From NCBI GenBank assembly GCA_030295235.1, contig AP026130.1:62001-126000 (forward strand): 64,000 nt of DNA, written 5' to 3'. Below are positions 1-13,723 of the stretch, one piece after another. Positions within the stretch are counted from its first letter, which is position 1, and every line of letters starts with the position of its first letter. Both the position numbers and the translations under genes were made by a program. This stretch comes from Fistulifera solaris. Lineage: Eukaryota. Below the pieces are notes generated by a model. That model saw only the letters and a program-made list of their open reading frames with translations. It ran no database searches and had not been told where the DNA came from.

Positions 1-360
1 AGGGTGCTGTTTCCGGCACAAAAGGTTCAAGCGAATGAGGAAGTGAGTGGTGTTGCCGATGCGAACGTACAAAATCAGGATGATCATTTGTAATATATAG
101 TACGTTAAGAACAGAGAGACATAAAATAGATTTTCATAAAAATGAATAATAATAGAAAAATATTTTTGTCGACTTGCACCATAATGATGCAGTCCATTAT
201 GACGAAAAGAGAGTCGGCTCTTGATAGAATGAATCACTCAATTGATCGCCGAGAAAACTGAACTTTGATACTACGATTCTCTTTAGCATGTAGTATAAAT
301 GATCAAAAAATTTACAATAGCCTTATTTAACGCTGTAATGATCTTTCTCTAGTGACTTCA

Positions 361-2681
361 CTAGTCGTCGCTTTCCTCGGGCCCGTGGTAAAAATTCCAC
401 GGCCGAGGACTCAAAACACGGACGCGACCCTGTTTGGTGCCGTACACAAAGCCGTGTCCCGAATCAGGATGGAAGCGAGCAATGTTGACATCATCCATGT
501 CCGAAAGCATGGTGGATACATGCTGCATGCCACCGCGGATGCGGTACAAGGCACTCACCGGATGATGTGTTCCTTCGGGTTCACGAACACCATATCCTAT
601 CAAACAAAAATCCGTGGAAGGAGAGTATTTCACGCATGTGACGGCGGAAGCTTTGGCGGGGTCCAATGGACAAGCTTCCAACAGTTGACCCAAACGGGGT
701 GAATAACCACACGCCACGGCACCGGGATGTTTGCCACGAAGACTGCCGCCCAATTCAACACTTTCGGGAAAAGGGGTTGTATCCAAACTGATTTTTACCA
801 CGTGAGGGACATAACGGCCAATACCGCGTTGCAAAACTTCTTGAACTCCCGATACACCTGCCGCGACAACCGACAAGGGATGAGGCGGCCGAGCACCACC
901 CGGTGCCGGCGGCGGCGGAGGAGGGGGTGGCGGCGGAGGTGTTGACATGGTTCGATCCATAGTATCAACCAACACTTCCCGACCCTCCGATTGATGCAAG
1001 CCACCGGCGAAACGACGCCCTGGAGGACTCGGAGGAGATAATTGTTGGGGTTGATCTCGTAAAACTGGAGGCGTCCGCGGTGCAAAATCAGCTGTTTCCG
1101 GTGGTGGCAAGGGAAAAGCAGGGACGGTAGCAACAGATAGAGTTGGTGCCGATGGTGTGCTCAAAACCATCTCGTCACGAAAGGAAGGTGAACGATTGGG
1201 GGATTGTCGCTGAACGGATGAGGAATGGCTTATTAACAAATCGCTCACCCGCACACGCTCACCCATCGCCATGGAAGAAGCATCGGCATCACCGAACGGC
1301 ATGTCTTCATCCGCTTCTTCTTGTACCAACAGATCCATGGCATTGTCGACTCCTTCCGGCAACCAATACTCGGCACATGCACACAACGTCTTTCCATCGG
1401 GCGATACGTCAAATCCTCCATCATTGTACAACAAGGCTCGCGGCACAAACGTTCGAGGCTGCGAAATGCAAGAATGAGTGACGCACACACAACTTCATAT
1501 CGATCTCAACTCGTACGTACATTGGAAATGGCCCGCCGCAACGCTTGCGCTTCCAACGCGACAGTTATATCAAAATCCCACAATCGCAAATAAAAACTCA
1601 TCGTCCCACCACTGCTCAATGCCCGCGCCCGTCGTCGAGGATCTTCATTGGAAGGATTGACTCCACCCACGATAATGGTACGGCCATCCGGTGGGAAGTG
1701 GACGCATCGTAACATGTGTCGCTGATCCATTTCCGTCAATCGATTCGAAGAAGAAGTTGTTTCCTGTGCTTCATTACTAGTACTGTCTTCCTCAAAAGGA
1801 TCCAATCCCCAAAAATGCAATCGCGTCCCGTTCGCAATCGCCAACAACTGTCCCGTGGGATGAAAACTGATACTAATGATGGCATAATCGAGTCGCACCA
1901 TTTGGAGACAAACATGTTTGCGCCAATCCCACAATCGTACTTGATGCCCCAAACAGCCACTGGCGACAATATTCGCGTGTCGGGGATGATATTTGACGGT
2001 CCAGGGGGTCCGGGGATGTCCTTCGAGGGTTTGGAGACACCGTCCCGTATGACAACAGGTGATTTTGACGGTATGATCGCCGTGCGTCGACGCCATGGTC
2101 TGTGCATCGGGAGAAAAGGCAATGGAAATGGTACTGACGGCAGTGGAACTTTCGGGACGCTGTCCGTGTGTGTCGCAGACATCCTGACCGCCCAAGTGAT
2201 TGAGAAAACTGGAGTGATAATGAACTGTTGAACAGTATTCCGCAAAGTAGGTGATTTCGTCAACGATGCGGATGGGGTACACGGTACATCGCGCCCGTTG
2301 TTCGTGCAATTGTTGCGTCAGAACTCGTTTCTGTTCGGTCAAGTCTTCTTCTTCGTAAACGCGACTGGTGGTGCTGTTGGGAGAAGGCATTCCGGAAGAC
2401 GGTACTTTGGGGAGAAACGGCGGTGCATTCGTTCGACACTGTCCTCGTTCACGATCATAGAGAATGTGTACAATATTGCGTCCTCCGTACGAATGAGGAT
2501 GAATGCGACGACGCGGAGGTTGTAATATTTCGTCTCGAAAGTTCCAGCGGCTTTGCATCGTGTTTGTGTCGGGTCGTTTTCGACGCAATGATGTTGTTGT
2601 TAACGCATCGTTACGTGATAACGGCAAAGGATTCCGTTGAAAGGGATTCCACATGGGATTATTGTTGTTATTACTTGTCAT
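361..2681 (-). CDS. AMBRA1-like WD40-repeat protein (2 exons)
   Basis: WD40 motifs (ISIAFSPDAQTMASTHGDHTVKI, LEGHPRTPWTVKYHP, ASGCLG, DVNIARFHP...GTKQG). A 62-bp GT..AG intron (1520-1459) joins AISN|PRTF in frame. Start taken at MTSNNNN. Confidence 0.8.
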
Positions 2682-3379
2682 ACTTTGAGAATTGTTGACT
2701 AGTAAGGAAAAGAAAAAAAGAGATGATAACGGACGACAGCGATGATGATGATTCTTCAAGGTAAACTGTAGATTCCCTTTTCACTTGAAATTTTTTTAGT
2801 GCCGCACCGATTAATCAATGCTTTTCGTTTGATTTTCACCCGTCCCGCAAACTAGCAATTCGCAAAACGGAGTAACATGCAACAAGAACAGCACAAGAAG
2901 ACGCAATTGGAGACGGTTTGCTTGACATGGTCGAACTGCAAAAGACCCGCCGCAGAGAGCGTTCTCCTGTTTTTCGACTTCCGTGTCTTGACGCCGGCCT
3001 GTCTTCCGGGTATTCAAATCGTGTGTCCGATAGGTATGTTTGGTATGAGTTGTTCCTGTTTTCTATTTAGGACATTTGAGCAATGCGGTACTTAGACTCA
3101 TTACTGTAGGGCTAAGTAGTAGTCGTGTCCGTTCTTCCGTCCGTTTACGAAACGAAACAATGATGCGCGTGATGCGGACGCAGTAATAGGACGAGATGTT
3201 GATGAAGATGCCGTTGTGAAGCAAAAGAAGAAGAATTTGTTCAATCAATTAAAATTGATTTGTTTACTACAATTTGCTTCGCCTTTGTGTCTTGCATTAT
3301 TTCTTCAAGCTTCATTCGTTTACCAACAGCTCGCAGACTCGCGTTTCTTTTCCTTAAAAACGAACAGGAAAAAAGAAAA

Positions 3380-4444
3380 ATGAGTAGCAGTTCCCCGGAA
3401 GCTTCCACCTCTCCTCCGCTGATGAATAATCGTTCTAACAAACAATCTCCCTCTAACAAAATCAGCAATAACAACACGCTGATCCGCCGCAGTAGTGATC
3501 ACAGTCAGAATAGTTCCCACACGAACGATAATCAAAACGACAATGCAGCAGCAACACAACAAAATTTAACCAACGAATCTTCATCTTCACCATCGTCGCC
3601 TCAAACTCAGTCCACGCAACAACTCGGTTCCATGCTCACTCAGTTGTCGCTTTCCGCAATTACTGTCACGCTCTACATTCCCACCAGTGCCGTAGGAGCT
3701 GTCATTGGTCGTCGGGGACAGACGATTGCCCAGGTACAAAAAACCGCCGCACAAGCGTCATCGAATCCCAAAGTACCCGTACGGATTTCCGTACGGGAAC
3801 CCGAGACGCCCACGTACACTCCATTGGATGCGTCCGATGAATTGTGGACACCCGTCGTCGTCAAGGCGGATCCTCTCGCGGCATGGTCCGCTTGTGAACA
3901 AATTCAGGCACTCGTCGAAGCCGGAGGCTTTGTCGAACACGAAGACATTATTGTCGATATTCCGTTGCATCGCAACAAACACGCCACGGTGGTCGGCAAA
4001 CGCGGTTGGACGGTTGCTACATTATCGGCCGATCACGCCGTGCGCATCCTTGTGCCACACAAGGAATTACGGCACGATATTGTGCAATTGGAGGGTCCGT
4101 TCTCGAATGTGCGGGCCTGCTTTGCGGCGTTGTTGCAAGTGCTGGTCGCGCCCGCCACACTCATTGTGCCGGTCTTGCCGTCGCAAACGAAATTACGACA
4201 CATTGGTCGCAAGACAGATACCATGTTGCGCAAAACCAAGTTGGACGACGGGACGTGGCAATTGACGGTGACGGGAGCGGGACATGTACCAGCGGCGATG
4301 GCCATGTTGCAGAAATGGAAAGAGGAGCTACAATATCCGTCATCGTCAACGAAGCCGTCCGCGGGACCGGTTCGAAAATCGAGGAACCAGACATCGGTAA
4401 AAATGTCAGCACGGAATAAGGAAGTGCCGGCGAGTGGACAGTGA
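3380..4444 (+). CDS. KH-domain RNA-binding protein
   Basis: Two KH GxxG loops (VGAVIGRRGQTI, HATVVGKRGWTV) after a low-complexity S/N-rich N-terminus. Confidence 0.8.
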   Translation: MSSSSPEASTSPPLMNNRSNKQSPSNKISNNNTLIRRSSDHSQNSSHTNDNQNDNAAATQQNLTNESSSSPSSPQTQSTQQLGSMLTQLSLSAITVTLYIPTSAVGAVIGRRGQTIAQVQKTAAQASSNPKVPVRISVREPETPTYTPLDASDELWTPVVVKADPLAAWSACEQIQALVEAGGFVEHEDIIVDIPLHRNKHATVVGKRGWTVATLSADHAVRILVPHKELRHDIVQLEGPFSNVRACFAALLQVLVAPATLIVPVLPSQTKLRHIGRKTDTMLRKTKLDDGTWQLTVTGAGHVPAAMAMLQKWKEELQYPSSSTKPSAGPVRKSRNQTSVKMSARNKEVPASGQ

Positions 4445-4726
4445 TGCTTGATTGCGTAATTCTTTTTTATGTCAAGTACAGACGATGATTCGACTGCCCG
4501 TGAAAGTTAGCGAGGTGAGATTTCTTCATTCTATTACCATCACTTTTCCTATACATTGTACGAACTGGGACTATCAACGATTAGTTCATTTGGGTAATTT
4601 GAAAGTAAAGGATTTCGTAATTAGTTTTTTTTGTACAAGTGGGATAAGCAAGATAAACGGGGCTCCTTTATTTAGATCAATACGTGAAGTGCAAACCTAG
4701 CTTTTCTAGACGACTTGGGAAAGAGT

Positions 4727-6060
4727 TTCTTTACGGAGGTCTACGTGTTTTCTACGCGTGGACAATACAAACGTTTCATTAGTGCTTCTTTTGGATGTTT
4801 TGCACGAAAAAGCACTCGCATATCGTTGTGTGATGCACAATAACAACGATGGAGAAGTCGAAAATGATGCCGTTGCCCAAAAACCCCAAAAAATGGAAGC
4901 AATCAAATTGTTCTATGTCCGGGTACCCCCTCTGTCGTTAAATTTCCTTACGGAGGTCTACGTGGTTTCTACGCGTGGACACTACAACCGTTTCATTAGT
5001 GCTCCTTTTGGATGTTTTGCACGAAAAAGCACTCGCATATTGTTGTGTGATGCGCAATAACAACGATGGAGAAGTCGAAAATGATGCCGTTGCCCAAAAA
5101 CCCCAAAAAATGGAAGCAATCAAATTGTTGTGTATCCGGGTACCCCCTCTGTCGTTAAATTTCCTTACGGAGGTCTACGTGTTTTCTACGCGTGGACAAT
5201 ACAAACGTTTCATTAGTGCTCCTTTGGGATGTTTTGCACGAAAAAGCACTCGCATATCGTTGTGTGATGCACAATAACAACGTTGGAGAAGTCGAAAATG
5301 ATGCCGTTGCCCAAAAACCCCAAAAAATGGAAGCAATCAAATTGTTGTATGTCCGGGTACCCCCTCTGTCGTTAAATTTCCTTACGGAGGTCTACGTGTT
5401 TTCTACGCGTGGACAATACAAACGTTTCATTAGTGCTTCTTTTGGATGTTTTGCACGAAAAAGCACTCGCATATCGTTGTGTGATGCACAATAACAACGA
5501 TGGAGAAGTCGAAAATGATGCCGTTGCCCAAAAACCCCAAAAAATGGAAGCAATCAAATTGTTCTATGTCCGGGTACCCCCTCTGTCGTTAAATTTCCTT
5601 ACGGAGGTCTACGTGTTTTCTACGCGTGGACACTACAACCGTTTCATTAGTGCTCCTTTGGGATGTTTTGCACGAAAAAGCACTCGCATATTGTTGTGTG
5701 ATGCGCAATAACAACGATGGAGAAGTCGAAAATGATGCCGTTGCCCAAATACCCAAAAAATGGAAGCAATCAAATTGTTGTGTATCCGGGTACCCCCTCT
5801 GTCGATAAATTTCTTTACGGAGCTCTACGTGGTTTCTACGCGTGGACACTACAACCGTTTCATTAGTGCTCCTTTGGGATGTTTTGCACGAAAAAGCACT
5901 CGCATATTGTTGTGTGATGCACAATAACAACGTTGGAGAAGTCGAAAATGATGCCGTTGCCCAAAAACCCCAAAAAATGGAAGCAATCAAATTGTTGTGT
6001 ATCCGGGTACCCCCTCTGTCGATAAATTTCTTTACGGAGCTCGACGTGGTTTCTACGCGT
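4727..6060. repeat. Tandem satellite, 217-bp monomer, about 6.1 copies
   Basis: Near-identical units; equivalent ORF starts at 4758, 4975, 5192, 5409, 5626 and 5842. Confidence 0.97.
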
Positions 6061-6657
6061 TGACATTGTAAGCGTTGCATCAATTCTCTTGTAGGATATT
6101 TTGGCTGAAACAGTCAATTGTCATGTTCAATCGACTTTTTCTGTAGGTCGAACTAATGATGATGACAGAAAATAATATAGAGGATACTTCTCATTATTTT
6201 TTTTTAATAAAAAAATTATTGACCTATTTTGACACGGGACCGATAGCAAACCTGAATGATTCTTCTTTGACATCATCCGAATACGTCCAACGTCCAACGT
6301 CCAACGCACAGTTGCTAAAAATTTATTTAGTCGAACATTTTTCTCAACGCATTTCTTTTGTACTGTTTTGTATCTACAACGTCTTGTCAGTGCGCCAAGG
6401 AGAGTGAATTGGCGCTGCTTCCATTTCACCCCAAAGTTTGCACCGCGCAGCCGTTGAGAGGCAAGAAAGGTGCCTCGATAATACACTCTAAGTGAAAGCA
6501 TTCCTTTGAATAGGTGCGCTGTGCGTCCTTTTTGACACAAACGAACGTGAGAGGTGCTTTGCCTCGAATCTTTCTTTCTGGGGTGGAAATAATAGAAAAG
6601 AAAGCTCTTTTTGTATTCGTTCTCAGCTCATTCACTTCATTTATCGTCAACACAACA

Positions 6658-9600
6658 ATGTTTCGTACACAGCAAATGCCTGCAATTCGCGTTTATCAGG
6701 AGGAAGAAGAGGAACCCTGGGATCAGCGGAAATCGACGCCGAAGCGATCCTTGTATGAAGAAGAAATCAATCAAATGGAGGACGGAGAATTACCATCTTT
6801 ATCGTCCTCGAAAAAGGCAACACCACAAAAAGGAGATTTAGAACAACGCAAGTTTTGGGGACAGCTGGACGTTAATTCATGTGATGATGATGAAGACGAC
6901 GAAGAAGATGCTGTGAGTCGAGATGAGTCGATTCGGCGTCGCGCTGACGAAGAGGACATGCCCGATGATGAACTCATGTCGTCGGCATCACGCAACAACC
7001 CCTCGAAACATCGAGCCCGGCATAATGCGCCGCGTCAAAGTGATGAACTTTATCAAGCCGACTCGTACGAAGCTCAAAAATCAAGTGCTGGCTTCGGGGT
7101 TTTGCGACACAACTTTGACGGCATTAGGTGATATGTGCGGCGCCTACACGGGTACTGCCAAACGCGTCACACTCAGTCCGCGAATTCATTCTGATGTGCA
7201 AGAAGAACATACGGCTATTGAAGTAGAGTTTGTTGAAGAAGAAACAGAACCCGCACGACACCATCCGGAGATGAGTGTTGCGTCTAAAAATGCGTACTTG
7301 TCAGCCATGGCGGCACAAGCGAAGGAGGAATTTCAAAGCAAGACAAAAAAAGGAGTTGATCAGTACGAGGATGGCATGGATGACCATACGCAAGGACGCT
7401 CGGTAAATACGAGCTTGGCCACCTCCCTGGATGATGCAGATGCATATGAAACCTTTAATGCGGCCGAGAAAAGGAAATTCATCCGTCTAATCAATACAGG
7501 AGCGAATCCACGAGAAGCGACTCAAATTATTTTACAAGAGCGCAGTACCTTAAAACCAGAGCCACCGCGAAAAGCGACGCTACCAACTCCGGAAAGCGCC
7601 CTGCCGAAACGATCTATGAGTGACGGAAAGCGGTCTCATCGATCGCACCGGTCCGCCGTATTGAATTGGAAAAGAGTAAATACACCCAGCAGCAACAGCG
7701 ATCTGTCAATGCCGAGCCAATTCGTCCCACTATTTCAGAAGACGATCACGACGACCTGAGTAGTCCGCTTCCTCCCTTGAAAGACAAGACTGCTGCCTTG
7801 ACAGATGATGACGGTGGTGGACCAATTGGTGGAGAGTTTTCCAAGAGTGGTATTAACTTTTATGACGCCGAACGAAAAGAGGACCAGGAAGATGAAATGG
7901 CGGTTGAACAGTCACCCAGCACTCCCACTTCGGTAAAAGGCTCTCGTAGCGAACAAATGCGAAAAGTCGGTTTCAAATCACTCGCGGTACGCAGGACCAA
8001 GAAATCTCCCAAGGCGACGTCCGCGATCACAAGCGACGACTTGCAGAGACCGGGGGAACTGTCTAGAAGCGAAACCGCAGCTCGCTATTCGCCCCAAATT
8101 GGCAATGATTCTATGGAAGACTATGAGAATATTCTGAACACTGCTGAAGAAGCTAGCTCGTTTAGCAAAAATGCTAGCTTTGACCCAGAGCTAACACTAG
8201 ATGATAACAACGCAGCAGAACTTCGATACACGGAGGAAAAGACCTCAGCTATTGGAGCAAACAACGACGAACGGAATGCAGCTCTCTATGCAAATGCCAG
8301 AAAACAGTACGCTGGGTTGAGTGTGCCAACGCCAGCTAGTGATGAGTCGGTATACACCGCGCAAACATCTGACACCGGATACACGGGAGTGACTGGAATG
8401 ACAGGGGCGACGACTTATACTCAGTCGTCCCGAGTTCGTCGACCCGGCGCGGCCAAGAAAAAGACTTGCTAGGGAAAAAGAGCTCCAAGAGAAAGCCAAA
8501 GGGACCCAAGGATGGGTGCAAAGTGTCAAGGAAGTGGCGGCTATGTCCAGCCAGAAATGGGATCCATTATTGGGTCTGGTAGATTACTTAGAACCCGTGG
8601 CAGAAGAAGTTCCGGAAAAGGCAAGGCATGAAAGCATACACTTGGATCTGAACACAAAGATTTCGACACCTTCGAAGCGTTCGAAGGTCGGTGATGCAGG
8701 CTCGATCAACACAGCGAAATCTGCCCCAGTCCCTTTCCGCGAGAATGGGAGGAAGAGCGCGAAAGGATGATTAGAGAAACAAAGAGTCTTGAAAAACATG
8801 ATTCATCCGCGACGTCATCACGAAATGGTATTCCGAGCAGCAATGATGGCTCGAGACCAAATAGCTGGATTGAATCCATGAAAGCGGCAAGCGCCACACT
8901 AGTCACAGATGGCAAGCAATGGGATCCCGACAAAGGTTGGATGAATGATGACGGCACCTCCGTTGCTATTTCAACTGATGGAGACTTTACTACTGCGTCG
9001 TCCTTACCGCCTCCGCCACCTTCCTCATTTACGACGGACCACGTGCCGAGGATCAGAAAGACCGACTCTCCGACCGTACACGATCGAATTGGTGCAAGCC
9101 CTATTGCTCAGCCAGAACGCTACATCCAACTAAATGACACGGGGTCTGTTCGTTCCGTGCGTCAAGACTATTCTCCGTATGCCGCTTCTACCAGCTTACC
9201 CGTTACTCAACCGATACCTCCAGTGTACGAGTCGACTTACGTATCGGATGACGAGACGGATGTTGACAGTGCCCCCTTATCCAATGGTGTAGAAGCGTAT
9301 TCCGCACAGGAAAAACCCGTAGCGACATCCGCCGCGAATGTCAACGTTGTGAAAGAGAAAATAAGCAATGATGACATCAAACTTTTTGCTAGTGGGAAAA
9401 ACAAAAACACCGGACATGCGGGCAGGACCGAGAGTTTGGGTAGCGAGGGACTTCCTGAACTGATCGCATCTAGTGATCAAGATAACGCGGAGGAATGGAA
9501 TCCAAACTCTGTTGAAGATGGCACTGGACCACGATCACAGGAACCTACTCAGCAACGTTCAGATGTCGATTTGGATATGGATGGAACCGATGGACTAGAC

Positions 9601-11190
9601 GACAAGCTATCAAAATTATCTAAACGCCGAGGCGGTGGCCCAGTCGATCTTGATGAACTGAGTGCAGGATCGGAAACAAAGTCGACGTTCTCTACAAATA
9701 CCGATGGGCGGTCCATCGCAAGCTTCAAACTTAAAAGTAACATTCGCGATACGTCACCAGTGGCGAAAAGACGACAAGCCGGGAAGGCACTGGTGACACC
9801 GTCTCCAGCGCAAGAAGCAAAAGACAGGACGAAAGTTGAGCGTGATGTTTTTCGCGACAAAAATGTTCAAGGAAAAGAGACCAGACGTATCCGAACCGTA
9901 CCGAGCCACGAATCTTTCGACCAAGAAAGGGTCGGTCATTACCATTCTGCATCCCATGGCGTAATGCGCGAAGATCCTTCGCCAAATTTGTCCCCGAAAA
10001 CCCGGAACACTGTTGCTGAGTGGGAATCGCGGGCAACCAAGACCGACGGTGCACCCTCAAGTCCAAGAAATAGTGCTGAATGGAAGGTTTTTCTTGCTAA
10101 GAAAGTTCGCGCTGAGAGAGACGCTTCGTCAGGAGCGGCTGAATCATTGAATATGCCTCGTCAACTCTTCAAATCATCCCCCGACGACGGAGATGGATAC
10201 GATGACGATTCAATTTTTGATTTCAAAAGCGCAGTCAATGCTCGTAGTGATGCCGATGAAAGCCGAAATCGCGTACATCAAACTGACAATCAGAATCAGC
10301 CGAGAGCTGACAAAGGAATGTCGCAGACAAATACCACCCCCATAAAATCTGACTCTGCACCATTGAAGGACATTTCCCATTTATCTCCAATCAATTCTCG
10401 AGACGAAGGCGATGCTGAGTACGATGACGGAAAATACCTACCTACGTCTAGAGTACATGGCATAGAGACTGCGAAGCGTGTCAATTTCTTCCAGCGTCTA
10501 GCAGAGTGCACGGGGCCGGTTTTATCGGAAAATAAAGGAATTCCATCTTCCCACCTCTCGTTTCTGCAGAATAATATCTGTGGTCGCCCAGGCGATGTAC
10601 ACGATGATACCGCCAGTGATGACGGTATATTGGATAAGGATATTGAGAATCTTGAGAAAGGCGTCGCAATGGATGATGTTGCTAACGTTTCTGTTAACGA
10701 TGGAAACGAAGATACCGACCTTCAGCATAGGGCGGACAACAAAATGGACATCAAACTGGCACGTGCTAAAGCAGGAGCCGGGTTCAGTAGTCGGCGCTCA
10801 TCGACTGGTAGCAGCGTAATATCAGAAGGAAGTTTTGGCGCCAAGACGGCTTATTTGGAAGCAATCGCGATGAAAGCAGCCGTGGCAAAACCAAGGAGTC
10901 GCAGCCGCGCTCGTTCCACTTCAAATTCAAGTGTGGTATCTGCTGCATCGTCCGTTCATTCCGAGAAATGGAAGGCGTTCTTGGAGAGAAAGAAAGCAGG
11001 AACAACACCCAGCGTGATCAGCAGAGCATCCGACGAGAGATACAAGGAGATGCTCGCTAGACTAAAATCTTCCCCACGACAGTTAGAAGCCGACGAAGTT
11101 TCTCAGTCTGCAAAAGACCTGTCTGGTGCCAAAGTAGAAGCATTAATGGCTCAATTGACGGGGTCCAATGTAAGTGAGGCGGAAATATAA
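6658..11190 (+). CDS. Large low-complexity hypothetical protein (one gene split by ~4 frameshifts)
   Basis: Consecutive ORFs 6514-7131, 6923-7759, 7666-8472, 8516-8770 and 8767-11190 share an S/D/E-rich composition. They switch frame at short homopolymers (~7095, ~7670, ~8458, ~8768). Confidence 0.65.
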
Positions 11191-11638
11191 TTGCGGGAAA
11201 GTTTGAAAAGAGGTGACCAACGCGTGACAAAACTACTGTACTAGAGCAACAGTCTTGATATTTCCTAAGTTGACTTTGATCGAGCCACAAATACTGTCTG
11301 CGTAACTATCATTTGCGTGATCGCGATCTAAATGGCTGTTGGTGTTTTGTACGTAATGATGTGTAAGAACCCCACAACATCACACACGCACACCACAACA
11401 TCGATCTGCGACATCTTTCCTGTGAAAATTATTTGTGAAGTCCCAAGAATTTTGTCGAAGACTTCGAATCTCACAAAAAAAATACATTGAAAGAAATAAA
11501 TAATTTGAATGACGATGATTAATTAAGACATAGAAACTCAGTAATAGGTGCCGTAAACTGTAAAGGAGGGCGAAAATTGCTAGAAATTGTGTCCTCGAAA
11601 CACATCGAAATAGTTTGCAACTTTAACTTTCACACTTA

Positions 11639-11889
11639 GCTGGATCATAATCCGGCGTACAAGTGTCCTAGCTAGATATACGCCGGATCGTGCTCCGGAT
11701 ATTTCGTGAATTAGCAGTCCCGGATTCGAAAATCTGGCGCATAATCCGGCGTTCATCTTGCTCTGAGAGCTTCTACGCCGGATCATGCTCCGGTTTATCG
11801 TGAATCAGCAGTCCCGGACTTGGGATTTCCGGATCATGATCCGGCGTTCATCTAGCTCTGATAGCTTGTACGCCGGATCATGCTTCGGC
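11639..11889. repeat. Palindromic ~94-bp repeat cluster (ATCCGGCG...CGCCGGAT), MITE-like or subterminal repeat
   Basis: Three hairpin units. The first (atccggcgtacaag) is the inverse of the last (cttgtacgccggat). Confidence 0.6.
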
Positions 11890-12368
11890 TACAACGTGAC
11901 TTCCGGTAAAAGATAAGAAATTAACTAACTAACTTATCACGCAAATGATATCATTGCGTAGTCAAAGCTTTGGACTTTTGGGGGTCAAGGGTAACTAATT
12001 ATCTGCTAGAGTTCCTTCAGAAAACTAAAAGATGAGTTTGCGATGGTGCATGATGCAGTTGGTGTCAACGTATTCTCCCCTTGCACCCTTACATTCTCCT
12101 CCGACTTGTACAATTTTCTTCAGAAATTTTGTTGCATGGCTCCTTCAACGGAAATTTCCATGCAACGGCAGGCGCGGTACGACGGGTTGTGGACAGACTA
12201 GAGTACCGCTGGTGACCGACATGACATGGCCAGGGGGCTCCTGGTCAAGGGCCAAATGGCACGACTAAAACGAAACGAGTCCCGTACGTTAGGGAAGTGA
12301 GTCGTCGTCGTCGACAGAAATGCTAACCTTAGACACAATCACAACAGCAATCTTACAAATCAAACCTA

Positions 12369-13054
12369 TCAATTATCACTAAAGACTACTTCCCTTCTTC
12401 TTCTGCTTCTCAAATTTGTCGCAGCGAATTGCTTGGCGAACGCGGCCGTGGAAAAAGTCTTCTCAAACTCCATGTACTCCTTGCGCGAAAGGTGAATTTG
12501 TTCGGGGCTTTTTGACTTACCAAGCCCATTCTTGATGTCTTGCCGAAACATCATACCTTTTCTCCTTTGCGGTTGAGTGGTGAACGTGGACAAAGCCGCC
12601 GACTGTTGATAAATGCGACTTCATCTCTAATCGACGCAAGATATTCCTTTTTTACTTGAGCTCTATGATCAGCAAGACGGACTTCAAACTGCTCGAATGG
12701 AACATCCAAAAACTCGTCAAGAAGCAAGTAGACTGACTCTCACGCTTCCTCGGCCGAAAGATCTTCTTTGTCAAGTGGCAAGAAACCCTCATGAAGATCT
12801 TCAATCAATATTGTTCGGGCTTTGCTGTTCTTCCAGTCAACTCGGCTTGCCTGTAATCTGTGGTCTGCTAGACGGGCTTTAAATTGGCTGAAAGGAACAT
12901 GGGCGAATTCAACCATTTTGCCATATTTTGCCCAAGCTTGTTCTGCCGAGCACTCCTTTTCGTCAAGAGGCAACCTTTTTGATTCAAGTTCCGTGATAAT
13001 GATCACGCGAGCCTCACTGTTTCGCCAATCAATTGGTTTCTTACGTTCCGCCAT
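12369..13054 (-). pseudogene. Degenerate protein with internal W-x-x-S-x-A repeats
   Basis: Repeats IDWRNSEARVIII...FSQFKARLADHR and VDWKNSKARTILI...FEQFEVRLADHR, broken by an in-frame stop at 12740 and by frameshifts. Confidence 0.5.
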
Positions 13055-13723
13055 GCTATTACGCTTTGTGTTGATCAACTGACAATTCGCAACAGTCGGC
13101 AGTGTGTTCGATCGATTTTCTTTGCAATAAGCTTTGCTCATCGGGAGATTATGCGGCTTCAAGTGTGTTGAACGAAAGACGGAAGACACCGCGTTTCGAA
13201 TAACAGCCAAATTATTTAGTACTTTACAGCTCATACCTGGTATTCTTGAGTCGACGTTCTGTCATGAGCCAGCAAAATCTGCTGCGACACAGCATTTGCT
13301 GCGCGCACGCAGCATTTGCTGTTGCTGCGCAGCATTTGCTGCGTCCACTAGGCCCAAGGCGTAATCTGCGAGGTGTTGAGTTTTGCATTTAGCGGTATGG
13401 CACTAACTTCAAAACGTGCTCATATCTGCACTCGATTATCTATCAGATATACAGTACGAAAGCATTGGATAAAAGATAAAAGTCTGTACGTTTCTACTCT
13501 AGCTGATAATGTACATTTTAGTGATTCTGAGACAGATGTGTGCCTCGGCAGATTTTTAACGCCGTTTCCGGGAGGCTGTACTTGCGTACCTTGAAGCGCA
13601 GCCAACATGAAAACGATTTCTACCAGTACCAGTAGTGTCAAAGTATGAGAAACTAGCTGCATTGTCGAATTTTAATTATTACTTCCATCTTTATTTGTTC
13701 ATTGACCCATCTATTCGATCGGT

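Noticed and set aside
4758..6083. Repeated 100-aa and 61-aa ORFs
   Set aside because: They are by-products of the 217-bp satellite, with non-ATG starts and no recognisable domain.
7085..8770. Programmed ribosomal frameshifting in the large protein
   Set aside because: Shifts go in both directions and the same pattern affects many unrelated genes; sequencing error is simpler.
12170..12320. Possible structured RNA or ribozyme 3' of the repeat pseudogene
   Set aside because: Some stems are possible but there is no complete hammerhead or HDV core.
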